From Lysobacterales bacterium (GTDB lineage Bacteria; Pseudomonadota; Gammaproteobacteria; Xanthomonadales; SZUA-5): DNA of 64,000 nt. A program made the translations under genes and the position numbers. Positions within the stretch are counted from its first letter, which is position 1, and every line of letters begins with the position of its first letter. The notes below the pieces were generated by a model, which saw nothing but the letters and a program-made list of their open reading frames with translations, did not search any database and was not told where the DNA came from. This document shows positions 55,101-64,000 of this stretch, one piece after another. Where the stretch lies: the NCBI GenBank assembly GCA_022844165.1, contig JALHMH010000002.1, positions 218,910-282,909 on the forward strand, written 5' to 3'.

Positions 55101-55225
55101 TGGACGGGCAGGCCTGCCAGCGCAACGACGCCGCCGATGCATGCGAGCAAAGCCAAGCCGATCAGCGACCAGCGTTGGCGTTCGAAAAAGGGGCGGGCAT
55201 TCTGGAAGGAGTTGGAGCTTGTCAT
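52166..55225 (-). CDS. AcrB-family RND permease
   Basis: LPVQLLPDVEAP..WPGA, SLNIISIAGLAFAIGMVMDAAIVV, ERLRP; start chosen at MTSSN. Confidence 0.9.
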   Translation of the reverse strand: MTSSNSFQNARPFFERQRWSLIGLALLACIGGVVALAGLPVQLLPDVEAPVISINTGWPGAAAAEVERAITEPQETAMRGIEGLQDIAANASAGNSWIELTFAPGTDLDPVFIDVVGRLQRVPALPRDATPPTINRGSDGPERTLLYYFVQLLPGHPGPVENYQPLLQREMLPRLERIPGVARARINSGPDRELRIEIDPVRMAALGIELPALVQSLSALDDVSAGAVELVRTAYAIRLHGRFEPNALDSIPVGRIDGRIVRLSEIGQARFQRPDRIGFSYQNGNPALSVQLFREPGSNVLATIDALDAEIETLKSSVLGPAGLDVRKSFEPGIFIRRAVGFLLGNLGLGLLAALACLYFFLRDLRATLLIAVAVPVSLLATTLLLAALGRSLNIISIAGLAFAIGMVMDAAIVVVEAAMQQRATGRSWLDAAALATTRVRGALIAATATTVAVFIPVLTLKDVEGQVFADLALTIAVAVTVSLGVALWIVPALLPMVLRQNVPDARWSGLATRLSTLSATPARARTWAVLLSVLPLMAAAWLAPQRDYLPPVKRAAVDAFIQTPPGMGAERLEQEVVQPILTRLQPYMDGVQEPKLLNYYIITWAGGATIGALEALLNQKVLAGLPDVRAFASEGELFGGMGGSARAVWMHVRGRDLSTLRDTADALETSLNKRFPGARVQQIPNAGNAGQEIAVMPNDAALAERGVTRAWLADALRVLGDGRFIGEYFDGERRVPMRVAAPAFSDLDTLAAAPLATPMGTAALGELASIERQRMPAELRRVNFSRAVTVTIDPPAEQSLEDMLRALQTELIPSMNLPGDVSIELAGSASRLDALTRSLAENLLLALTILVCILLLLLRRVDDTLIVLATLPLAALGGVLGLRLLGLFTPQPLDLLTMIGFVMLLAMVVSNGVLLVEATRAHQASGSDLDSAIHAALAERLRPLALGALTGVVGALPLAVSPGPAASIYRGLAAVTCGGVLLSLLLVAVLVPAALRMLARPQRHPQLTQSAEPLGASL

Positions 55226-55561
55226 TTGCGTCAAATCTGCTTCAACAAGGGGCTTTTTCTTGCAGTCCCAGCCGTTTCGACGGGGGAGGATCGGCGCCAT
55301 CGCTGAAGTACGCGGTCGCAAGAAGCAAACGACACGCGTTAGTCCGTAGCGAAGCTCTGCCAAATCCGAGTGCGATGACGCAGTGTGCACCAGCAAACTC
55401 GAGTGCGCAGCGGGCTCTTCGCCGAGGCGAGTGAGCGCATGGGTCAGTCGAGCGATTGGCGCGCTAAACGGACTTTCGCGACGTTCGTTGCACAGATCGT
55501 CATCCGCGGTGCACGAAGGCGCGTTATCCTCGGCAACTTCTAGTGATAGCGGAGACCCGAC

Positions 55562-55783
55562 ATGGGCACGTGGAGCATCGGACACTGGGTCGTCGTTTTG
55601 ATCGTCGTGCTATTGCTGTTTGGCACCAAACGCCTGCGCAATCTGGGCGGCGATCTTGGCGCGGCATTGAAAGGCTTCAAACAGGGCATGGCGGAGGGCA
55701 CCGATCCAGCCAAGCTGGAAGCCGATCCAAAACCGGAAACGCCTGCCGAAGCGCAGAAGGAATCGGTAGCGAACAAGAGCTGA
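55562..55783 (+). CDS. tatA: Tat translocase TatA
   Basis: [25 protein letters not shown]. Confidence 0.95.
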   Translation: MGTWSIGHWVVVLIVVLLLFGTKRLRNLGGDLGAALKGFKQGMAEGTDPAKLEADPKPETPAEAQKESVANKS

Positions 55784-55793
55784 CTGCGACGAC

Positions 55794-56108
55794 ATGTTCG
55801 ATGTAGGCTTCTCGGAGATGGTGCTGATCGGCATCGTCGCGCTGCTCGTGCTTGGCCCGGAACGACTACCAGGCGCAGCGCGTACGCTGGGCGGCTGGAT
55901 GCGTAAAGCCCGTTCCAGCTTCGATGCCGTACGCTCCGAAGTCGAGCGCGAGTTGCGTGATGAGGAGCTGAAAAAAGCCATGGCTTCGATCCCGCGCCCG
56001 TCAGAAACGCTCGCCAGCTTGAATCAGAGCCTGCAGGCGCCGACCGAGGCGATCAACGAGGCCGTTCAGTCCGTGACAGAAGCCGCCGATGTCGCCGACA
56101 AGCGCTGA
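55794..56108 (+). CDS. tatB: Tat translocase TatB
   Basis: MFDVGFSE..LGPERLP. Confidence 0.95.
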   Translation: MFDVGFSEMVLIGIVALLVLGPERLPGAARTLGGWMRKARSSFDAVRSEVERELRDEELKKAMASIPRPSETLASLNQSLQAPTEAINEAVQSVTEAADVADKR

Positions 56109-56856
56109 CGAAGATCGCGGCGAGCAGAGTTTTCTCTCGCATCTGGTGGAGCTGCGCTCGCGTCTATTGCGCGCCGTGACGGCCTGGCTGCTGCTGACCT
56201 TGGCGTTGATACCGTTCGCCAACAAACTCTATGGGGCGCTGGCGCTGCCCTTCGTCGCGACACTGCCCGAAGGGGCGCAGATGATCGCCATCGATCCGGC
56301 ATCGCCGTTTTTTACGCCGCTCAAACTGGCGTTTTTTGTGGCGCTGATCATCGCCATGCCGTACGTGCTGTACCAGATCTGGGCCTTCGTCGCGCCGGGT
56401 TTGTATCGCAAAGAACAAAAGCTGGCGATGCCGCTGCTGATTTCGAGCACGCTGCTGTTTTATATCGGTTGCGCGTTCGCGTACTACTTTGTGTTGCCGA
56501 CTGTGTTCGGCTTCATGCAGGCCGTGGCGCCCGAAGGGGTGGCGGTGATGACCGACATCACCCGTTACCTGGATTTTGTGCTGGTGATTTTCCTGGCCTT
56601 CGGCGTGACGTTTGAGGTGCCGGTGGCGACCGTCATTCTGGTCGCGTTGGGCTGGGTCACGATCGAACAACTCAAAGCTGCGCGCTCATACATGATTGTG
56701 GCCGCTTTTGTGATTGCCGCAATCCTGACGCCGCCCGATGTGATCAGCCAATTGTTATTGGCGATACCGATGTGCATCTTGTACGAGATCGGCATCATCG
56801 CTGCGCGGCTGGTGGTCAAACCGCGCGGCGACGAGACTTCGCCCAGCGCAACATAG
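56089..56856 (+). CDS. tatC: Tat translocase TatC
   Basis: HLVELRSRL, YQIWAFVAPGLY, FEVP, LTPPDVISQ. Confidence 0.96.
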   Translation: MSPTSADEDRGEQSFLSHLVELRSRLLRAVTAWLLLTLALIPFANKLYGALALPFVATLPEGAQMIAIDPASPFFTPLKLAFFVALIIAMPYVLYQIWAFVAPGLYRKEQKLAMPLLISSTLLFYIGCAFAYYFVLPTVFGFMQAVAPEGVAVMTDITRYLDFVLVIFLAFGVTFEVPVATVILVALGWVTIEQLKAARSYMIVAAFVIAAILTPPDVISQLLLAIPMCILYEIGIIAARLVVKPRGDETSPSAT

Positions 56857-56994
56857 CGATCGCCCGGTCACACCTGAAACAGGCAGCGCTCGACGCGCGA
56901 GCGGTGAGAAAGCGGCATTCGTTTCCCGGCCAAGAACTCATGCTCGCCAGACGGATCTTCGTTTTGATCGAAGATCCGCCTGGCCGCAGAATTT

Positions 56995-57684
56995 CTAGGC
57001 CATCGGCGCGGGTGGCGGCGCAGATGGCGGGGCCGCGCTGTTGCTCGGGTCAAGCTCGATATCGCCAAAAACTTCGGCGTAGGCTTCATACGAAGCACAA
57101 ATCAGCACCGGCAGCACGACGATCAAACCCAGGCCCAAAGGTATTGTACCTAGAATGATCAGCACCACGCACAGAACCCAATAAACAATCACTGCCGGGA
57201 TGTTGGCGAGCACGCCATTCAAGCTCCATTTGAGCGCGCCGATGGCGTCTTGCTGACGAAACATCACCAGTGGCACCGCGAAGTAGGTCAGAGCGGTCGC
57301 GGCCAGCGAAATCAGGAAGCCAACCAGCATTCCGAGCATGTTGCCGCCGATCAGCTGACTGATCAACGAGGCGAGCACAGACACCGCCGCAACAATCGCC
57401 AGATGCACCATTCGATCCTGATCGGTAAAGGCGCTGAACATATCGCCAAACTCAATCGCACCTCCGCTGGCTTGACGGCGCAGACCCTTCAACACGCCGG
57501 CCATCACGAAGGTGGTGAGCACTGGGATCAGTAGCGGACCCAGGTACGGGATGAATGCCAATACCACAACGAGGACAATGGTCACGACACCGATGCCGAT
57601 GATGACACCCGCGTTGCTGGTGAACGCCTTCCAACCGCCTTTCAACCAATCAATTCCCGCACCCGCACCGACCGTCTTGACCAT
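56995..57684 (-). CDS. BPSS1780-like integral membrane protein
   Basis: V.AGAG.DWL..GW..F, IP.LG, IPLGLG..V.LPV. Confidence 0.75.
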   Translation of the reverse strand: MVKTVGAGAGIDWLKGGWKAFTSNAGVIIGIGVVTIVLVVVLAFIPYLGPLLIPVLTTFVMAGVLKGLRRQASGGAIEFGDMFSAFTDQDRMVHLAIVAAVSVLASLISQLIGGNMLGMLVGFLISLAATALTYFAVPLVMFRQQDAIGALKWSLNGVLANIPAVIVYWVLCVVLIILGTIPLGLGLIVVLPVLICASYEAYAEVFGDIELDPSNSAAPPSAPPPAPMA

Positions 57685-57816
57685 GTCGCACTCCGGTTCG
57701 TGTTTCCCCAAGGAGATTCAAGGATAGCGCGCCCTGCCTTGACGCACATGCTGTTGTCATTCCTGGAGCGTAATCTGTTCGCACCGGGAATCGCCGGGCA
57801 ACGTCAGGAGATAACG

Positions 57817-58170
57817 ATGAGTACACAGCAAATCGCACAAGCCTTTACCGAACTGCTGAAAGCCAACAAACACGAAGAGGCGGCGGCCACCTTCAACGAT
57901 CCGGAGATTGTCAGCATTGAGGCGATGGATGGCCCTATGGCGCGTATCCAGGGTACTGAAGCGGTCAAAGCCAAATCCGACTGGTGGTATGGCGCACACG
58001 AGGTGCACTCAGTTGAGGCGCAGGGCCCATACGTCAACGGCGATCAGTTTGCAGTGCACTTTGCGATGGACCTCACGGTGCGCGAAAGCGGCGAACGCTC
58101 GCAATCGGCGGAAGTGGGGCTATACACCGTCAAAGATGGGAGAATTGTTGAGGAGCGGTTCTTCTACTGA
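57817..58170 (+). CDS. SnoaL/NTF2-like protein
   Basis: IVSIEA, K..WW, GDQFAV.F, EVGLYTVKDGRIVEERFFY; RBS AGGAG. Confidence 0.85.
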   Translation: MSTQQIAQAFTELLKANKHEEAAATFNDPEIVSIEAMDGPMARIQGTEAVKAKSDWWYGAHEVHSVEAQGPYVNGDQFAVHFAMDLTVRESGERSQSAEVGLYTVKDGRIVEERFFY

Positions 58171-58417
58171 CCGGGCAATGATTGAAGGGCACACCCTTCG
58201 CCAACTTCCCAATTCGCCAGAGGGCTCCGCAGGAGCGGCGCCCTCCTCCGTGCCTCCCTGATCCGCGCGCGATTGACCTTTGTACGGTGCCTTTGCCAAA
58301 CTAGGGCCATCGTGGTCGAACGGCCATTCCAGCTTTGCGATATGTGATTCCACACCCGTGCTTGCAGCATTGGCTTGCTGCAACACTGGCGTCGTACTAC
58401 GCAAACGCGAGGGACCT

Positions 58418-58987
58418 ATGCCGGAGACGATTCTCACCGAACCGACAGAAACCGCCTTGTGGCATGCGCTCGTGCGCGATGCAGAAACCCGCGCCGCGCG
58501 CAATCTGGGCGAGTCCTTGGAGAGTTACCTGGTATTCACGCTCATGCGCCATCAACAGGACACGGCGCTCGGTCATCGAGCGATGGCTGTGCAGTGGCTG
58601 GAAGCTCAGGTATGTCAGGGGCGCGCTCGCGACGGCGGCTTGCGGGATGTTGGCGACGGTTGCCTGTTGATGGCCGGGCTATATCCGGAGCGCGCCGAGC
58701 AGCGCGTTTCCGTCAGTTACTTTCAAGACTTGGGCCGAGTCGCTTATCAGCATCTCGCCGAGCGCAGTCAGGCGGGACTGATGCAGTTGTTCCAGATGCT
58801 CGCAGGAGCGTTTTCTGAATTGGTACGCGTGCTCTTCGAGGTGCGCCGTTTGGCCAGCCCGGCCGGCCCCTTGGAACCGGGTCTGGCTTATGCCTGGTGC
58901 GAGTCGCACGGCGGCATCGATCCAAAACGGGCCGCCGAGGTCTTTCCTGGCGCGATATTGGTCCCTGGCGTCGGCACGCGGCAATAG
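58418..58987 (+). CDS. Conserved hypothetical protein
   Basis: ALW..LV, LESYLVF.L.R, LRDVGD.CL..AGLYP; RBS GAGG. Confidence 0.75.
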   Translation: MPETILTEPTETALWHALVRDAETRAARNLGESLESYLVFTLMRHQQDTALGHRAMAVQWLEAQVCQGRARDGGLRDVGDGCLLMAGLYPERAEQRVSVSYFQDLGRVAYQHLAERSQAGLMQLFQMLAGAFSELVRVLFEVRRLASPAGPLEPGLAYAWCESHGGIDPKRAAEVFPGAILVPGVGTRQ

Positions 58988-59134
58988 CAGCCGAGCTTTC
59001 GCTTCAGACCGCCGAGCCTGCTGGTGCGAATCAAGCAGGATCCGCTCATGGATCGCGACATACCATCCGAAACGCTCAATCGGCAGCGCGTCTCAGTTTG
59101 CGTCAGTTCTGACCAAAAATTGGCACCCCGGCTC

Positions 59135-59225
59135 TTGACGATTGCCGTCTTCGAACTCATGCTTCGCTTCCGCCAGACACAACATCTAGTGGTAGGTGGT
59201 CGAAGCCGCCCCCAATAGATAGTTC
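59135..59225 (+). promoter_or_regulatory. Putative sigma70 promoter (TTGACG-N17-CATGCT) followed by tandem NrdR boxes (59177-59192 and 59210-59225)
   Basis: ACACAACATCTAGTGG fits the NrdR consensus acaCwAtATaTwGtg; weaker second box 33 bp downstream; located before an RNR gene. Confidence 0.75.
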
Positions 59226-59273
59226 TCGCCCGAAAAATAACAACAACGACGCGCCCGGGGAGGCATCACTCGT

Positions 59274-61418
59274 ATGAACGCCCGTTTAGAAGCGGTTCGC
59301 ACCGATATTGTTGACATCCCAATGCAGCCTGCATCCCAGGACATCTGGGATAAAAAGTACCGGTTGAAGGCCAAGTCCGGCGATCCGATCGATCGCACCA
59401 TGGACGATAGTTTCAAGCGCGTCGCACGCGCTCTGGCCGATGCCGAAAGCACGCCGGAGAAACGCGCTCACTGGTACGAGCGTTTTTTGTGGGCGCTGCG
59501 CCGTGGCGCAATTCCCGCCGGGCGCATTACCAGCAATGCCGGCGCGTTGGAACACAAGCCGGCCACCAGCACGATCAATTGCACCGTCTCGGGCACGATT
59601 ACCGACTCCATGGATGACATCCTTGGCAAAGTTCACGAGGCCGGGCTGACGCTCAAGGCGGGTTGCGGCATCGGTTACGAATTCTCGACGTTACGGCCGC
59701 GTGGCGCGTACGTATCGGGCGCTGGTGCGTACACCTCGGGTCCACTGTCGTTCATGGATATCTACGACAAAATGTGTTTTACCGTGTCGAGTGCGGGTGG
59801 TCGGCGCGGTGCGCAGATGGGTACCTTCGATGTCTCACATCCGGACGTCAAAGAGTTCATCAAGGCCAAGCGCGAAGACGGACGTCTTCGCCAGTTCAAC
59901 CTCTCGCTGCTGATCACCGACGAGTTCATCAAAGCCGTCGAATCCGACGGCGACTGGCCGTTGGTTTTCCCGGTACACGTCAAAGAACAGCACGAAATCG
60001 ACCTGGATGATCCGCACGCGATCGTCTGGCGCGAATGGCCGCATCGCGACAACTATGTGTCGCGCGAAGATGGTTTGGTCGCGTGCAAAATTTACGGCAA
60101 GATTCGGGCGAAAGGTCTGTGGGAGATGATCATGACCTCGACCTACGATTTTGCCGAACCCGGCTTCATCCTGATCGACCGCGTCAACGAAATGAATAAC
60201 AACTGGTGGTGCGAGAACATTCGCGCGACCAATCCCTGCGGCGAACAACCATTGCCGCCCTATGGTTCCTGCCTCCTTGGCTCGGTCAATCTAACGAAGT
60301 TTGTCCGCGAGCCGTTTACCTCGCGGGCCAGATTCGATTGGGAAGAGTACAAAGAAGTGGTGCGCGTATTCACGCGCATGCTGGATAACGTCGTCGAAGT
60401 GAACGGCTTGCCGCTCGATGGACAGCGCAACGAAATTTTGCGCAAGCGTCGCCACGGCATGGGCTACCTCGGACTCGGTTCGACATTGACCATGCTGCGC
60501 ATGCGCTATGGATCTGCAGATTCGATTGCCTTTACCGATCAGGTTTCGCGCGATTTAGCGATCGCCGGCTGGGAAGAAGCGCTGGTGCTGGCCAGGGAGA
60601 AAGGTCCCGCCCCCATCATGACCGAGACTTTCAAAGTCTGTGGCGAAATGCTGCGCAAGCGCCCAGAGATGGCCGCCGATGGGTACGCTATCGGTGATCG
60701 GATCGAAGGTCGCACCCTGCATGCGAAATACAGCCGCTACATGCAGCGCGTCGCCACGGTCGCACCGGCGCTGGTCGACGAGTTGGCGCAAATTGGGGCG
60801 CGCTTTACGCATCACTCCTCGATCGCGCCGACTGGCACGATTTCGCTGTCCATCGGCAACAACGCCAGCAATGGTATTGAGCCATCGTTTGCGCACCATT
60901 ACTCGCGCAATGTGATTCGCGAAGGCAAAAAGTCAAAAGAGAAGGTCGAAGTTTTCAGTTATGAGTTACTGGCGTACCGGCACTTGATCAATTCCAGAGC
61001 CATGCCGTATTCGGACAAGACGGAAGAGAAGTTGCCCGACTATTTTGTGGCAGCTGACGACATCACGCCGAAGGCGCATGTCGACATTCAGGCCGCCGCG
61101 CAGACCTGGATCGACTCGTCAATCAGCAAGACCGCCAATGTTCCGACCGACTATCCCTACGCAGATTTCAAGGACATTTATTTGTACGCTCACAAGCGCG
61201 GATTGAAGGGTTGCACGACCTTCCGCTTCAATCCCGCCGCGTTCCAGGGCGTGCTCGTCAAGGAGCAGGATCTCGAGAGCACCATTTACCGCTTCGAACT
61301 CGATGACGGCAGCATCGTTGAGGCGCGGGGCAACGAAGAAATCGAGTACGATGGCGAGACGCACACAGCAGCGAATCTGTTCGATGCGCTGAAGGAAGGG
61401 TACTACGGGAAGTTCTGA
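59274..61418 (+). CDS. nrdJa: Adenosylcobalamin-dependent (class II) ribonucleotide reductase, large chain NrdJa
   Basis: PAGRI, TINC, GGRRGAQM, TNPCGEQ, IAPTGTIS, SISKT; lacks the C-terminal Cys tail. Confidence 0.92.
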   Translation: MNARLEAVRTDIVDIPMQPASQDIWDKKYRLKAKSGDPIDRTMDDSFKRVARALADAESTPEKRAHWYERFLWALRRGAIPAGRITSNAGALEHKPATSTINCTVSGTITDSMDDILGKVHEAGLTLKAGCGIGYEFSTLRPRGAYVSGAGAYTSGPLSFMDIYDKMCFTVSSAGGRRGAQMGTFDVSHPDVKEFIKAKREDGRLRQFNLSLLITDEFIKAVESDGDWPLVFPVHVKEQHEIDLDDPHAIVWREWPHRDNYVSREDGLVACKIYGKIRAKGLWEMIMTSTYDFAEPGFILIDRVNEMNNNWWCENIRATNPCGEQPLPPYGSCLLGSVNLTKFVREPFTSRARFDWEEYKEVVRVFTRMLDNVVEVNGLPLDGQRNEILRKRRHGMGYLGLGSTLTMLRMRYGSADSIAFTDQVSRDLAIAGWEEALVLAREKGPAPIMTETFKVCGEMLRKRPEMAADGYAIGDRIEGRTLHAKYSRYMQRVATVAPALVDELAQIGARFTHHSSIAPTGTISLSIGNNASNGIEPSFAHHYSRNVIREGKKSKEKVEVFSYELLAYRHLINSRAMPYSDKTEEKLPDYFVAADDITPKAHVDIQAAAQTWIDSSISKTANVPTDYPYADFKDIYLYAHKRGLKGCTTFRFNPAAFQGVLVKEQDLESTIYRFELDDGSIVEARGNEEIEYDGETHTAANLFDALKEGYYGKF

Positions 61419-61557
61419 CCGGACCTGTGGTGTTCACGGTCAGCTTCTTGAAGCACATCAGTTTAGTCGCGAGCCCTGGATCGATCCGTGAGCAAGCATC
61501 CGTCGGTTCGCACCATCGGGCTGTTTCCAACGGTCCGCCAACAAGAGGGGAGTGCAT

Positions 61558-62043
61558 ATGAGCGGTGACAGCATTGCGAGCAAAGTAGAAGAGTTGAAAG
61601 AAAAGGCCGAAGCGATCGGCGAAAAATTGATCGCCGAAGGCAAAGGTGTTGTGGCTGCCGCAGAGGCGCAGGTTGCGAAAGTCAAGAAGGCAGCGGGTAA
61701 GAAAATTGCGGAAGCCAAGAAGACCGTAGCGGCCGTGAAAAAGACCGTGGCGAAAAAAGCGGCTGGCGCCGAAAAGGCGATGACTGGCAAAGTCAAAGAG
61801 GTTAAGAAAGCCGCGGCCAAGGTGGCGACCAAGGCCAAAGCTGCCGTGAGCAAAGCCACGGGCGCCAAGCCCGCGGCCAAGGCTGCAGCCAAGCCAGCCG
61901 CGAAAACACCGGCGGCGAAAGCCAAACCAGCGGCGAAACCTGCGGCCAAGCCGGCTGCAAAGAAGGCACCGGCGAAAGCAGCAAAGCCGGCGGCCAAACC
62001 GGCAGCGAAGGCGCCGGCCAAGAAGGTCGCGAAGAAGAAGTAG
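61558..62043 (+). CDS. Histone H1-like Lys/Ala/Pro-rich protein
   Basis: Many KPAA/KKAA repeats; RBS GAGGGGAG. Confidence 0.85.
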   Translation: MSGDSIASKVEELKEKAEAIGEKLIAEGKGVVAAAEAQVAKVKKAAGKKIAEAKKTVAAVKKTVAKKAAGAEKAMTGKVKEVKKAAAKVATKAKAAVSKATGAKPAAKAAAKPAAKTPAAKAKPAAKPAAKPAAKKAPAKAAKPAAKPAAKAPAKKVAKKK

Positions 62044-62179
62044 CTGTTTGCCGCGCGGCGCCCCCACCAGGCGCCGCGTAGCTCATCGAGGGGTCGAGCG
62101 GCGCTGGCATGGCGACCGCACGATTCGAACCGAAGCTGCGGACGCGCCGCTTCGTAGATCGTTGTTGGAGGCGGAGCAA

Positions 62180-62701
62180 ATGAAACGCTTATTGTGCGCC
62201 ATGCTGATGCTCGTTGCGCCTTTGTTGGCTGTGGCGCAGTCCCAGGACAGCGACACCATGCTGACGCCGCGTGGACGCGACGCCTATGAGCAACATCTGA
62301 AGGAGTTGAACGCCAGGTACGGCGTCAAGTCCGATCAAAAAGCGCTGGAAGAAGCCGTACTTTCGGCCAACGCAAAACCTCAAGCCGGATCGCCCGCGCC
62401 TGGAAGTAGCGTCGCCATACCGGCCGACATTGCGCCGGGACAACGTCTCAAAGTTGAACTGCTGGCCCATGCCGGAGGGCAGTTTTTGTTTCAAGATCAA
62501 GTGTATGACGAGGCGAGTCTGGGCGAAGCGCTGGCACGCGTGCGCCGTACCTACGTGATCGAACAAATGGTGCTCCTGAGCGCAGAAGACCGTCCGATTT
62601 TGGTCGACCATGTACTCAGCCTGGCGCGCCTGAGCCGCGACCTCGATGTCGCCGCTGCCTACGAGCAGGGTGGGCAACTGAAATACATTTCCGCGCAATA
62701 A
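62180..62701 (+). CDS. Hypothetical exported protein
   Basis: MKRLLCAMLMLVAPLLAVAQ signal peptide; RBS GGAG. Confidence 0.7.
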   Translation: MKRLLCAMLMLVAPLLAVAQSQDSDTMLTPRGRDAYEQHLKELNARYGVKSDQKALEEAVLSANAKPQAGSPAPGSSVAIPADIAPGQRLKVELLAHAGGQFLFQDQVYDEASLGEALARVRRTYVIEQMVLLSAEDRPILVDHVLSLARLSRDLDVAAAYEQGGQLKYISAQ

Positions 62702-62748
62702 CGGCGCACTCATTTCGCGCGCAGCATGCTGCGCGTCTGGGGCTATCG

Positions 62749-63498
62749 ATGACCATCAAGATCAACAAGAAAATCACCGGTTATGCGGTGCAAAAACCCG
62801 ACGACAAAGCCGCCGCGCCAGTTGCGCATGCGCCCGTAGCGGAGCCGTCCTTGGAAGTCGTACAAATGCACGAGCGCGTCGAGCGCCCGGAGATGCTCGA
62901 GGGCAGTACTTACAAAATTCGCTCGCCGCTGTTCGAACATGCGCTGTATGTCACGGTCAACGATATTGTGCTCAACGAAGGCACCGCGCATGAATCGCGG
63001 CGGCCCTTCGAAGTGTTTATCAACAGCAAGAACATGGAACACTTTCAGTGGGCCGTGGCCCTGACGCGAATCATGAGTGCCGTGTTCCGCAAAGGCGGCG
63101 ACGTGACGTTCATGGTCGAGGAGCTGAAAGCTGTATTCGATCCGCGTGGCGGCTATTTCAAATCCGGCGGCGTCTACATGCCATCGATCGTCGCAGAGCT
63201 CGGCTTTATCATCGAAGATCACCTGAAAAAGATCGGTTTGATCGAAACGGACTTGAGCGACGAACAGCGTGCCGCGATCGCCAAAAAGCGCGCCGAATAC
63301 GAGGCTCGAGAGCAAGCGAAAAAATCCGAGGATCACAAACCTCACCTGGTCGCCATTCCGGGTGCGCCCGAACCCGAAGCACCCAAAGCCAGCTTCCCAC
63401 CATCGGCCACCATGTGCAGCAAGTGCAACACCAAGGCCGTCGTGCTGATGGACGGCTGCCAAACCTGCCTAAACTGCGGCTACTCAAAATGTGGGTGA
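62749..63498 (+). CDS. nrdJb: Class II RNR small chain NrdJb
   Basis: MTIKINKKITGY, RPEMLEGSTYKI, PFEVFINSK, C-terminal CSKC..DGCQTCLNCGYSKCG. Confidence 0.92.
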   Translation: MTIKINKKITGYAVQKPDDKAAAPVAHAPVAEPSLEVVQMHERVERPEMLEGSTYKIRSPLFEHALYVTVNDIVLNEGTAHESRRPFEVFINSKNMEHFQWAVALTRIMSAVFRKGGDVTFMVEELKAVFDPRGGYFKSGGVYMPSIVAELGFIIEDHLKKIGLIETDLSDEQRAAIAKKRAEYEAREQAKKSEDHKPHLVAIPGAPEPEAPKASFPPSATMCSKCNTKAVVLMDGCQTCLNCGYSKCG

Positions 63499-63659
63499 AT
63501 GAGCGCGCTTGCGCCGCATGCGGCGCGCGCTCATGAACGCACCGAAGCTACGCTGAGGGGCCGGAACGAATGAGCGCGCTTGCGCCGCATGCGGCGCGCG
63601 CTCATGAACGCACCGAAGCTACGCTGAGGGGCCGGAACGAATGAGCGCGCTTGCGCCGC
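63497..63659 (+). repeat. Perfect 71-bp tandem repeat (2.3 copies) with a long internal palindrome
   Basis: Units start at 63497, 63568 and 63639; ATGAGCGC-GCTT-GCGCCGCATGCGGCGC-GCGCTCAT hairpin. Confidence 0.92.
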
Positions 63660-64000
63660 GCTCCGAAACCCGCGAAATCACCGTTCAAAGCCTCCATCAA
63701 AAAGCGCACCAACATTCGAGGGCATCAGTCGAACTGTGATTCCGGGTTGCCGGGGTTCTCTGATTAATTGGACCACGGTTCCGCTCAACGGGCACAAGCC
63801 GACCACTGCAGGGCCAATAGGACAGTTTCTGTCTAGATAGACTTCATCTATGTAGGGAAAACCTACCGAAGTCGCCACGATGGCGGAATGTGTCAACCTT
63901 TTTCCAACGTTTTTCGTCAATTATTAAGATGAACAATCGGGATGTCAGATGGCTCGGTTGGTGGTGGTTGAGAAGCAAAGCTGCCGCTGGCCTCGATGAG

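Noticed and set aside
55226-55561. Decayed element copy or riboswitch between the RND gene and tatA
   Set aside because: Only a loose TAGCGAAGCTCTGCC resemblance; no alignable modules or known motif.
58171-58417. Cobalamin riboswitch near the B12-dependent RNR
   Set aside because: Several short hairpins are present but no recognisable B12-box motifs, and the region precedes a different gene.
63497-63659. CRISPR array (palindromic repeat with ~71-bp period)
   Set aside because: The intervening segments are identical, there are only 2.3 units, and no cas genes are in the window.

Overview
GC-rich gammaproteobacterial chromosome segment; gene content and synteny look Xanthomonadales-like (inference). 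Most of it is housekeeping and envelope genes: dnaE (partial), an M16 peptidase, topA, pgeF-rluD-bamD-lolA, the sulfate ABC transporter sbp-cysTWA, miaA, an HK/dual-REC/GGDEF-EAL signalling cluster, dnaB carrying a 138-aa mini-intein, an orphan PdsS-like kinase, SCO-psd, rpoE-rseA-rseB, recA-recX, a czcICBA-type metal efflux operon, a second RND pump, tatABC and a split class II ribonucleotide reductase (nrdJa...nrdJb). The most unusual signal is non-coding. A modular, hairpin-rich dispersed element (43-242 bp) with defined ends (5'-GTCCTTGA...GAAGCCTCG-3') and no terminal inverted repeats occurs at six loci. It forms head-to-tail tandems joined by a 5-nt CYARN-like linker, shows a compensatory stem change, interrupts the probable N-terminus of an MFS gene in frame, and appears to supply the start codon of another gene. 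No transposase is present in the window. All calls come from reading the sequence; no database searches were run.
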